From positions 15,624,001 to 15,688,000 of the forward strand of contig JBHGNT010000018.1 in NCBI GenBank assembly GCA_043228905.1: 64,000 nt of DNA. Reading direction: 5' to 3'. Of the stretch, positions 37,701 to 49,149 are shown in pieces. The position numbers and the translations under genes are program-made. Position 1 is the first letter of the stretch, and each line of letters opens with the position of its first letter. Below the pieces are notes generated by a model. It was not told the DNA's origin. It ran no database searches and saw nothing but the letters and a program-made list of their open reading frames with translations. This DNA comes from Azolla caroliniana (Eukaryota > Plantae > Polypodiophyta).

Positions 37701-38075
37701 ATTTGGGTTATAAACGAAAGAGTTATGACCATTCCTTTTTTACTATTTTTTGCGTCCCACTTTTTCTCTTTTTACTTTTCTCTATGTCTCTTACTTTTAC
37801 TTTTGACTTCTTCTTAAGGTCTTGGTTCGTGTTCTTTGCCTCCAAATGTGAATGCTCCATACCTTATATTCTTCTAATTTTCAAAAGCTTGAATTCTAAA
37901 AACACTTTCACACTATATTCTCCTCACAAATGTGCACCCTTGCACATAAGATCTATATGTACCTCATTGTGGGTATTTTTGTATTTGATTATGCTTATTA
38001 ATGTAGAGGAAAGGTCTTTAACTACACTCTAGTTAATTATCCGCCTTTTGTGTTATTGTTCATAAGTGTAACTTC

Positions 38076-38114
<39 letters not shown>

Positions 38115-39157
38115 ACATCACATAACCTTCCATTGCTTAACTACTCACATAATTAGTCGCTAATTAACCCTAGTTAATTACCGAATTATTAACACTTGGT
38201 TATAGAATGCTCCATATCTTATATTCTTCTGATGTTCAATAGCTTGAATTCTAAAAACCCTTTCACATTTAGGTACGAATATGTAAGTCCTATATTAAAT
38301 GTACTTGGGAGTGGAGGATCTAGAATGAATCCCACTTAAGTATAGAATCCTATTTAAGGCTTTATAGTCAACACTTCTAACTAGATTCTATATAGGTAAC
38401 CACTAAGTTACATGGTTGACTAAATAACTAAACCTAGTTGAGCTTGATATCTCAACACCTAGGTATGTGATTGGTGGTGGGAACAACCATACTGGTGGTG
38501 CTAAGCACCACACGGGTCTTGCATTATGTAGTGTGAGAAAAGGGGTCTTCTTCCAATAGGCAATAAATTTGAGGTGTTGCAACACTGTAACATCTGTCTC
38601 GCCTTTAATTTCATCATACCGCCCTTTCAAGGTACGCACAATCTATATCCGGACATTTCGTACACTTTCCACTGGATGAATAATAGTATTATCAAACACC
38701 TTAGAACATCTAGCAGTCCAAATAAACCACATCGTGGTGGTGCATAACAACTACCATACCTCATGCATTGCCTTTAACATGTAAGGAGCTTCCATATGAC
38801 TTCGTTGCACCACCTTATCCTTCCTCTTTGAATTGTAATAATCTCATAATTTGGATATGCCTCATATGGCCACATCATTTGTGCCGTCGTAGCCCATACC
38901 CCACGAAAAACTGTCATCCCTAAACATAAAGGTTAGAATTCAGATCACTCGTCTCCAAACTTGTTTTGTAGCTTGACATTCCCACAAGCAATGTTTCAAT
39001 TTCTCCATCTGGCAACTACAATAGATCCATGTAGTCAGTCTAGTTGATTGTTGCAGTCACTGGCCGACTGGTAATGCTCTATGTATTACTAGCCATTGGA
39101 AGACATTTATTTTCATATCTTGTTCCCTTTCCCATAATGTCCTCCAAAACTTTGCTA

Positions 39158-39268
39158 ACCCCTTGATGGGTCCAAAATTGATGTCTTGATGGGTCCAAAA
39201 TTGTGACCCCTTGATGGGTCCAAAATGTCCTCCATTTAGATGTGACCCCTTGATGGGTCCAAAATTGT
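39158..39268. repeat. Short tandem repeat, 4 copies of CTTGATGGGTCCAAAAT
   Basis: Four copies visible with variable spacers, inside the minus-strand LINE. Confidence 0.85.
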
Positions 39269-39326
39269 CTAGCCCGTGATGCAGTCCAGCGTTGAGCTGC
39301 CAAAATGTGTCATCCAATCTTAACGA

Positions 39327-42300
39327 TGTTGTGAAGATTTTCGGCAACGATGTGAAAATCACGTGGAAAGGAGAAAAACGAGAAGGTGCAATGTGCACAT
39401 TCATGAAAGGGGTGATGGTTACACTCGTATATTAGCACATTAATGTGCACATGGGTTTTGAACCTTACACCCCAAGATAAAAAACAATTGACATACCATT
39501 AGGCTAAGATGTCTCTTTGAAGTTTATTTTCATCATTATAGTTTTCACATGTAAATTCTCATACATGAGAGCTTGGATGAGTGACATGGTCATCATGCAT
39601 CACATGTGATGCATGAACACCAAATGGCAAACATGCAAACATGCATTCCATGCATTGTATGCATGTCTTGTATCCTCACATGCATCATATGCATGAGGGC
39701 ATCTATAAAGGAGGAAAAGAAAAATCATGAAGGGGAAAAATGCTAGGTATTGAATGAAGAAACTTCTAATAAAAAATCTAGCTATCTTATTGGTGATGTA
39801 TCTTCTGCCTCAAAATTGAAGTCAAGGGTTCAATCTCTCTCTCTCAATCTATCTCAGAATTGGAATCTCCGTCTCTCTTCATCTATATGTCTATCTATCT
39901 TCAAAACTTTCTCGCTTACGCTACTAAAAGCATCGAATCCTTCCGGTCTAGGACCCCGGCGGTCCCGCTTCATTTCACGAATACGCAAGGATTTTCTTGA
40001 CATCTTTCTTGGTGAACCCGACGTGAAGAAGGGGTAGGAAGTATCAAGACGAGGATCGAACGATACTTCGAGATGGCATCCTCAAGCAATCAAGCGGGAG
40101 AGTTCGAAAGGATGATGGTAATCATCGAACAAATGATTAGATCTTGGGATAACGATGTGAGCGTGGAGAAGGTTGTCGACCGTGTCGTGGAGATCGAGGG
40201 TCAATTTGATGGAATGAACATTAGGAAGTTCCTTGATTCATACAAAAGGGAGACGAATCAGTGGGACGCGTCTGAAGCACGTCAAATCTCAAGTTTCAAG
40301 AGAGTTGTCGCCAACAACGTCCAAAGGCAGGTCATCGAGCTCCAAGAAGGGAAGACAACGTGGTCGGAGTTCGAAAACGCAATATTAGCGGAGTTCGTGA
40401 CTGAGGATTTGTCGAAGATGACTCGACATGTCTTGATGAAGGATAGAGAAGAAAAATAAGAAGATGAGCGCCTCGAGGGTGTATGACAAGTTTGACCAGA
40501 TGTTTAGTCGTCTCCCCACCACAGACCAAGTGTTGCTTGAGGAGGACAAGACTTTGTACTTATTGAAAGTTGTGGAAATGAAGGATAGACAAGAATTGGG
40601 GACTCTCCTCGAAGATGATGCCCAATCGAACGAGCTTGTGACAAACTGGATTGTGGTGAAGCGAGCATGCATGCAATAGGCTTGACAAACGTCGTCAATG
40701 GCTTGATGATATTGACTTGGTAAGGCCAAGCGTAGAAAAAACAAGACCATCTAAAGAAGTCGAGCCGTCTAAACAAAGCAACTGGGATGAAAAGAAGATT
40801 GATGATCACTCAAGGACGGCGAATGCCACTTCAAGAGAGGATGAATGTTTTGGAACACGTGTCGTGTTCCAAAACATCGGATGATGAAGGAGGAAGCCTA
40901 ATGGAAGCTTGCGTCAAAGGAGATAAAGAGTGTGAGGCTGGCATGATTGAGGATCTAGCTACTAAAGACGACATCAAGGAGGTGGCTATCAACAAGACAA
41001 CAAGGGTGGCCAACGAACATGGTGAGACTTTCTCCACACTTGTTCCGGAGACTTGGGCAGTTGCATCTACGAACCAACGTGAGACCCAAGGGACGGATGG
41101 TAGCAAAGAGGAAGAGAAGGACCAAGACAATACAGACAATGACATCGGCCTGAAGATGGCAAGAGAGAGAAACGACCATGGAGAGGATTCCTCCACACTT
41201 GTTCCAGAGACTTCGGCAGTTGCGTCCGAGAGCCAACATGAGACCGAAGAGACGAAAGGCGGTTGCAGGGAAGTGAAGGATGAAGCCAATGCGGATAACA
41301 ACATCAAGGTGAAGATAGATATGGACGAGTCGATGGTGAATGGTGGTGACAAGACTTTCCCCCACACTAGTTCCAGAGACTTGGGCAGTTGCGTCCGAGA
41401 ACCAACATAAGACCCAAGAGACGGAAGGTGGCAACGAGGGGAAGTTCAAATCCGATGTGAAAGATGAGATCAAGACAAAGGTGTCAGAGGCAATTGACCA
41501 AAGACAAATGGATTCCTTCGCACATGTTCTAGAGACTTGGATAGTTGCGTCTCAAAGCCAATGTGAGACCCAAGAGACAGAAGATGATGGCGGGGAAGCG
41601 AAGGTCCAAGCCGATTCAAATAACGATGTCGGGGCATGGCCGACAAATACATATGGATCTCTCCACACTCTTTATGGAGACTTGGGCATTGACCGATGTA
41701 AGACCCAAGAGAAGGACAATGACGACGAAGAAGCAAGGGTTGAAGCTGATGTGTGGGAGGAAGAGGTCAAGCAAAGCATAGAGGCAAAAGTTGATGCGTA
41801 CAACAAAGATTCCGAGCAAAGTATGACAAGGGATGATGATGGTCATGCGAGCCATGAGGATCCGAAGGATGTGATCAAAACATCTAACAAAACCACTAGT
41901 GTGAAGATTGTCAACTCTAACATGAGATTGTATCATGAAAGTGGACAAAGTCAGAAACACAGAGCATGGTCACGTAAGGATCTTGAAGTGGGCATGCACT
42001 TGAAGATACTACATGGGGTAGTCAATGTCATTATACATATAAAGGCTTGGGGAGAAAGACAAAACAAAAATGTGTGACGGGTCAAAGTGCCTTGAGTAAG
42101 GAGATGATCGGGACAAAGGTGGAACATGCATAAAGCCTAAAAGGTTATGCTCGGAAGGAGAACAAGGGCCCATGACAACTGGTCATGGTAAAGCAAAAAA
42201 TGAGCGAATGATATGGTGGATTGGGTGGCGACAATGGTTCGAGTGAAAGGAATGGACATGCTTGAGATGGAGGAATCGTACTAATTACTGTAGCCAAAAT

Positions 42301-43021
42301 TTCACACACTCTCTTCTTGGCACATACTAGAGGATGTGTGGTTTGGTGGGGGTGGATGTCATGAAGATTTTCGGCAACGGTGTGAAAATCATGTGGAAAG
42401 GAGAAAACTGAAAAGGTGGTGTGAAAATCATGTGGAAAGGAGAAAAATTAAAAGGTGCAATGTGCACATGCGTGAAAGGGGTGATGATTACACTCGTATA
42501 TTAGCACGTTAAAGTGCACATGGGTTTTGAACCTTACACCCCCAAGATAAGAGATAATTGACGTATCATTAGGCTAAGATGTTTCTTTAATGTTTATTTT
42601 CATCATTGTACTTTTCACATGTAAATTCTCATACATGAGAGCTTGGATGAGTGACATGTTCATCATGCATCACATGTGATGCATGACCGCCAAATGGCAA
42701 ACATGCATTCCATGCATTGTATGCATGTCTTGTACCTTCACATGCATCATATGCATGGGGGCATCTATAAAGGAAGAAAAAGAAAAAGGATGGGGGGTTC
42801 AATATGTAATATCATCATCATCACCATCAATATCATATCCTTCTTCTTGTTTATCTTCTTCTCGAGTGTACAAATTTCCGATCTTATCAAGTGTAGCATT
42901 GTTTCCTCGAATCTTACATTCACATCGTCCTCTTCTCAATACCTTGCATATGTCCTCCCTGGTTCGAGATCCCGGTGGTCCCGTTCAAGAGAAGCATGCA
43001 CGCACACGCATCTTCACGACA
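39327..43021 (+). mobile_element. Non-autonomous Ty3/gypsy element D (tRNA-Trp PBS; gag plus acidic repeats, no pol)
   Basis: LTRs 39327-40002 and 42357-43021. TSD AACGA/AAGGA (1 mismatch). PBS TGGTGAACCCGACGTGAA at 40010-40027 is complementary to the 3' end of plant tRNA-Trp as I recall it. Gag-like FDGMNIRKFLDSY..TWSEFENAIL. PPT GGTGGGGGTGGA. Confidence 0.85.
41015..41715 (+). repeat. Five ~150-170-bp coding repeats in element D
   Basis: TCCACACTTGTTCCAGAGACTTGGGCAGTTGCGTC..GAGACCCAAGAGA recurs at ~41033, 41192, 41362, 41520 and 41661 (peptide TLVPETWAVAS..Q.ETQ). Confidence 0.85.
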
Positions 43022-45055
43022 AAGGATCACTGAAAAAAACCACACCTTTTTTCTGCACGGTCAAATGGATCTTTCCACGAAATTTCCCCCGGATTCCATT
43101 GCAACCTTATCAAGGGTTTCTTTTCAAAAACCCTCAATTTTCAATGCTCCTTGACTGCATCAACTTGTGGGTTGATGATCCACTTAGATACATCATAAGC
43201 AAGAACCTTTATTTTAGAGAATGTAGCATATTGCAAGATCTCTGGTTATGTCATTGATCTATATATAACACCATCTTCCTCCACATCATAGTCTTGAAAT
43301 TGTCCACAAGACAAATGTCCTCTTACCCCCACCATCACTTGAAGCCTCATAAATGCCCCTTCCCACTTGGGAGGATTAAATGACCATACCATAGAGGATG
43401 TGTGCCCTAAAACTGACTACACTTGGTCCCACATAATCCACCCCTTCTCAAGGAAGAAAAAATTCTAACCTTTCATTTATATGCAAAGTATGAAAGGATT
43501 TCCATGCATCAATAGAGGCTCCTGGCCATGCATCGAGCTTGGCCCAATCCAATCTCGTACGGGACCCCAACATGTGGCCTAACAACAAACACATATTCGG
43601 ATTCCACACTAAGTATTGTCTCAAGTATTCCTCCTCACATGCTAGTACAACATGTCCCAACCCTTTATGTACATGCTTCCATGCTCTTAGAAGACTATTA
43701 AAAAATTTGTCTTCCCAATTTCTAGTCATAACATGTTTCTTGTATGGTATAAAGATCCTTCTTATGCTATCACTCCATAATCCACCCATCAGCAGAGCAC
43801 AATGATACAATCTTTGCATAAGCAATTGCTTCCAAGGGGCATGTCTTGGTAAAAGGCTGCGAACTATTAGCTTTGCTAACAAGGCCATGCATTGATCTAG
43901 TGGATCAATAATCCCCAGACCACCATGTTTCTTTGGGGTTATTAGCATACACCATTCCACCTTCGCTCTTACATGACTCCTATCCTCCCCTACCCATATA
44001 AAATTCCGAACCAGCCTTCGATTTTATCCAAAGAACGATTTTGAAAAGATCCAAGAGGAAGCTATATAGCACACCATAGACAGTAGCACATGATTGGCAA
44101 CTATCACTCTCCCAGCCAAAGATAGTTTAGCCTGGCTCCACAAGAATAACTTTTTCCTCAGAGTTAATAATAACGGTGCAACATGTAACTCTGGGACCAA
44201 ATCAATCCCGACTTGCACTCCAAGGTATCTAACTGCAACTCCTCTTTGAGTCCACTGGAAAGAAGGATACAATGCCCAACGAGGCGATGGTTCCTTGGTC
44301 ACCCAAAATGCAACAATTTTCTCCCAATTTAGCTTAGCTCCAAACGCTATGCAAAACTGTAACAAAGCCCCTTCTACTTGTTGCAAATTCGTTAGAGTCC
44401 CATCCACATATAACGAAGTATCGTCTGCAAATTCCAATTCCAATATATATTGTCCATGTATTGGCATCACCAAACCACGCAAGCCCATAGATTATGCTAA
44501 TAGAAATACATGCATTTCTTCCGCAAACAAAAGAAACAAAAATGGTGCAAGCAGACATCCTTGACGGACGGACCGTTAACCACTAGGCTACCTTTTTCTC
44601 CTTTTTATCTTCTACCTTTGGACCTGCCACATCACAACATCGTCTCCCCTCCCATCCCTCTACCTTGGAATTAGATGGTCACTCTTGCACCCCAAGTGTA
44701 TGTAGTTCCTCCATCAAGCTATCACATAGAGTCTTTGGCAAAGGGTCTAATAACGACGACTAGTATTAACCACATCCCCGTTGTGGGAAAGATCACAATG
44801 GTACCATGGGACATTACGGGTTCAACTTTTTACCCCAAACTGACTATTCCCAAATTTTGGGAAGGGGTTCTCTAAACCTTTTTGAAATGAGTTTAAAAAC
44901 ATCACCGTCTTCATTACGTCCTTTATTGGTTCTTGACATAGAACGTAATAAACGTGTTCGTGGAAGCACTCAAACGTTTGAAAACATTTGGTAACGAACA
45001 CATTTGAAAAGGGAAAAATGTGTGTTCCTTTTTTGTATTTTTGTTCAAGAGTCGT

Positions 45056-45099
<44 letters not shown>

Positions 45100-46891
45100 C
45101 TTGCATGAATTTCTCTCACAACCACAATATGCACTCTCGATTGCAACATTCATTGGAAAAGTTCTTGAACATCGAGAGTCACTACTCACTTTCACACGTA
45201 TCACGTGAAATGTAATGTTTTTTGTCTCATAGGTCATATTTGACCTCCGAAGACGATAATATAATCTCTCTCTCTCTCTCTTTCTCTCTCTCCACAACTT
45301 TGTTGCAAGCACTACCCCAACATCTTCATTGCATTTGCTACAACTTGCCCAAGAAAGAGAGGTTTTTGTTCACACATGCATGCCATTAACCATAATAATT
45401 AGGATCCTTCATTACTTGATTGTTCACTAAACCCACAATTAAGAGATAGTACAGTCATTGCAAAACATGACCAAGAACAGGTTGTTTAGAAGTGTCTTTC
45501 AAACCTTTTTTGACATCATCTTGCAAACATAATACATTGTCTTGGACTTAGCATCCATGATCGCTTGCAAGCTACCTTCATTCGTCTTGATGACGCTCTA
45601 ATTTGGCAACATTTAAACATTTGATCGTTATGAGCCGAGCCACCATGTTTTGCAATGACTTCCAATGATTAGTGGAGATTTAACTCAACTTACCATCATC
45701 ATCTCATTCTTCACCCTCGCCATCATTGTCATTATTACCATAAGTTCCATCATTATACTTTCCCTTATATTCATCACAAAAAATCATCTTTCATATCAAA
45801 CTCACTTTTAATCTTATTAGACACTTCCTTCCCATATCGCATATCACAACCCATATCTTTTTCGTGGACCATATCTTTATTAGACATCAGAATATCATTG
45901 TAAACCATAACCCTATCCTCATCAAACATAGTCGTATCAAGCACACTTTTATTCTAACATAAAAACTATATGTTCAACGTAGACCAATACCATATTATCA
46001 TCATAAAAAATAATATGTAAATCAAAATCTTTTTTACCTTCATTTGCCTATCAATCCTGGCCACATAAAGCTTTAAACATACGCACACCATATTCAACAA
46101 CATCATTTTTGACAATACCCACGTCATACCCTACATAAATCTTCCAATTACATCACTATAAAGCACAACCATATCATCATCATATTCTTTCATATATTTA
46201 TCATATCAACATATTTTTCAATTCATATCATCCACCGGTATGGGTCCACCCCCTCCAACATTGAACAAAACATTGGATGAACCACATCTTGTGAACGAGA
46301 AAATGACAAATTGCTTATAACCAAGTTGAGAGTATATAGTTGGGCCAACGAATGGAGGATGAGCATAAAGATGAAAATGTCAATCAGGATAAAGGTCGAA
46401 TCAAGAGAGAATAAAGAGGGAGAAGATCAATGGACATGGAAAAATATAGATGTAGATAAAGAGAATATTAAAAAGGGAGCAAGATCAATGGACATGGAAA
46501 AATATAGATGCGCATGTGGCCAGGATAAGGACATGATGGTGTGTCAAGTGGGATCAAGCACTTCAATGATGCCATCATGAGAGTGTTGTGGCATAAATTC
46601 ATGCATGTGTGTGAAGTTGAGGGCATCACTAAGGACCTAAACCAAGGAAGATGACAATGCTAGTTGATGGCACCTCTTTGGCCTTCTAGTCCAGGTTGTA
46701 TCATGGTTGGGTTTGGTGAATTCATGCACCGGAATGTGTGTGTGTGTGTGTGTATACACACACTCACTCACTCACTTACATATTTGTAATGACCTACTTA
46801 TGTATGTGTGAATATGGAGTGCTTTGATTTGTGTGGGCCTTTATTGGTGTGAGATCACATGAACACATTTGTGTGTGTACATGTGTAAGTA

Positions 46892-47820
46892 CAATAGACA
46901 TTCGGTTAAGTGCGCACTTTGAACGCAAGAAAGAAGTGCACACTTAACCAAGCTATGCACTTAGGGGTTTTCTAAAACATTTTAGGGTTTTTTGGAATTT
47001 TTTAGCGTTTTCTGAAATATTTTCCTTTTGTACTCTAATCATACAATTCTTGATAAGAAAAGTGATCAAATTACATGATATATATTGACCTAAAACGTTT
47101 CGGGTTTCAGAATACATACTCTTCAGTTTCTTTCTCGATTCTAGATTAGCTTTAGTTTTCACCTTTTTGCTACGTTTGAGGAATGCATCCATTATGCAAC
47201 AAAGCTAATGAATTTCCTTGGATGCGATGAGTTTTTTTCATGTGTTTTCTTCCTAGTGGCGGCAGGTTTGAGGAATCGAAGTGTAGATGGAGGAGATAGG
47301 AAAAGAGAGTGGGGGAGCAATGGACAAATCACAGGTTGCAACTTCCGTCATCTTTGAGAATAAACAAGATGCACAGAAAGAGAGAGGGAGGGAGAGAGGC
47401 TTTCTTTATGCAGGAAAAGAGCATGCACGCACGTGGCACAGACACACATAGAAAGAGAAGGACAATGGACGGAAGTTTTGTTGCACATGAAGAAAGAGAG
47501 CTCGCGTTCACAACCAATCACTGCAAAAACTTGACTATTCACAATCATCAAGATTTGTTTGCCCTTGTTTGCTTATGTTCTTTAATCAATAATCAAAATC
47601 ATAGACTCGTAATCATAAACATTCACATACACATACACATACACATAAAAACTCCTTTTGTTGTTTCTGAATGTTTGGAACATAGTTTCAATTTGGTTTA
47701 ATGTAATTTCGTCATGAAACAATGTAAATTTTTTTATCTGGATTTTGACCTCTAAAAATGAAAGTGCACTTAATAGAATGGTGCACTTAAGTGGGCAGAC
47801 ACTTAACTAAATGTCTAATG
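46892..47820. mobile_element. Tc1/mariner (pogo/Tigger-like) non-autonomous element
   Basis: Imperfect 21-bp TIRs CAATAGACATTCGGTTAAGTG / CACTTAACTAAATGTCTAATG, TA on both sides (46890-46891, 47821-47822), subterminal AAGTGCAC/CACTTAA repeats. Confidence 0.75.
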
Positions 47821-47934
47821 TATATGGTTATAAGTGCATAAAATTGTGTGTGCAATGAATGATCTATGTGCACTCGTGCTTTATGTGTATGTGTGATTAC
47901 TCGTTTTTATGTGTCTAGGTGTGTGCGTGATTTT

Positions 47935-48885
47935 TGTCAATGTGTGTATAGGTGCATGTGTGAGGTGCAATTATGCTTATATAAGTATGTGTAGATATGC
48001 ATATTAAGTGTGTGTATCCAAAAATGTGTGCAAAGTATGACATGTGCCTACATCTCTATTTGTGTTAAAATATGTGGTCCCAATGTGTGTATAGGTGCAT
48101 GTGTTACGTGCAATTGTTCTTATGTAAGTATGTGTAGATATGCATAAGTGTGTGCATAGATTGACACATGCGTGATATTCGTGATATTCTCCATGCCTGA
48201 TATTCGTGATATTCTCCATGCGCAATATTCTCTATATTCGAGAATATGAAATGGCCCTAAGAATATTAAAAAACCATTCGTTTTGCAAAATAGATATAAA
48301 ATATTTATTTATTTATTTAAATAAATTTATTTTACCAAAAAAAGAACAATTATTCATTAATAGATTATAGTGTCAAGAGAGTTTATGAAACTTATTTTAA
48401 TTAATCAATTTTTAAAAAACGAATATTTTTATATTTAATATACAAATATGATTAGTATAAACTTTGAATATATGATTAGTTTGAAGTACTATTTTTAATG
48501 TCAAAATAAAAATATCCATAAAATTTGAGGGAATAAAAAGTGAGAAATTAATGAGCTTTTATTTTATTTATTAAAAATAAAATAAATACTTATAATTTAT
48601 AAGTTATACATTTATTATAAAAATTTAGTAATGACAAATCCCCAAGTCCCTCTTTTATTATCCCTATTTATTGTCTAAGTTCCTTTTTTTTTATCCTAGG
48701 AAATTAAAAAAGACAGTTTTTTTTGTTTTTTTAGTTAAACGAATACTTGACCACACATTCGTATTCATATTCGTTTGCATTTGAATGGGAAACCCGATGA
48801 ATGCGAATATGTCAATCTATGAGTGTGTGTATGCAAAAATGTGTGCAAAGTATGACATGTGCCAACATCTCTATTTGTGTTTAAG
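47935..48885. repeat. ~140-bp TG-rich tandem duplication interrupted by the hAT MITE
   Basis: CAATGTGTGTATAGGTGCATGT at ~47938 and ~48081. AAAAATGTGTGCAAAGTATGACATGTGCC at ~48020 and ~48835. Confidence 0.7.
48155..48821. mobile_element. hAT-superfamily MITE
   Basis: 12-bp TIR CATAGATTGACA..TGTCAATCTATG, 8-bp TSD AGTGTGTG (48147-48154, 48822-48829), subterminal TATTCG repeats, AT-rich interior. Confidence 0.88.
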
Positions 48886-49149
48886 TACCTAGTTTTTTTC
48901 CCCCATATAAGGAGTTGTTTTCCCATTAATTTGGAGAGTTTTTTTTTATAGAAAAGTCTATACAATGTGGCTACACAACTCACAACAAATGTATTGGTTG
49001 TGTCGTCCATTAAAGAGACTACCTATATTCACCTCATATATATATTAGGGTATCACCTCCCGCCTAAGTTCTAGAATATGAGAAAACAATTATGGGTGTA
49101 CATAACATACATATCCTCTCATATTGTCTACTTAGTGTAAGTGGGTATG

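Larger units (their letters stand above)
32823..38267 (+). mobile_element. Decayed Ty3/gypsy element (gag, CCHC, protease, RT remnants) whose 3' LTR is an inverted copy of the 5' LTR
   Basis: 5' LTR 32823-33603, then PBS-like TGGCGCTC. Gag from 34798, CYYCQEEVHISTRC at ~35589, VLVDSGA at ~36215. PPT AAGGGGGAGGG ~37145-37155. Reverse-complement LTR from 37162. Termini TGTGAAAG..CTTTCACA with TSD TATAG/TTTAG. Confidence 0.75.
32587..38457 (-). mobile_element. Copia solo LTR split in two (32587-32822 and 38273-38457) by the inverted-LTR gypsy
   Basis: TSD CCTAG at 32582-32586 and 38458-38462. Rejoined, the halves match the uninterrupted LTR copy at 50442-50658 across the junction GAATATAG|GTAC. 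Confidence 0.8.
32432..44575 (-). mobile_element. 5'-truncated L1-type LINE split by later insertions (pieces ~44575-43022, 39326-38463, 32581-32432)
   Basis: GCLLAPFLF, LEFADDT, YLGVQVG, KLSLAGRVIVANHV and GGLGIID on the minus strand at 43448-44560. zf-RVT-like HCLWECQ near 38990. 3' tail AACCAATGGAAGGATATTTT..AAAAAAAA at ~32465-32432. Confidence 0.8.

Noticed and set aside
32604-38032. Duplicated small hydrophobic ORFs (32604-33032 minus, 37703-38032 plus) as a gene pair, or a DIRS element with ITRs
   Set aside because: The ORFs span an LTR/LTR junction copied by the inverted duplication. No tyrosine recombinase is visible, and the aspartic protease, PPT and 5-bp TSD indicate gypsy.
44580-46880. 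Possible transposase or gene remnants among CT, CAT and TG low-complexity tracts
   Set aside because: No convincing motif, terminus or TSD could be identified by eye.
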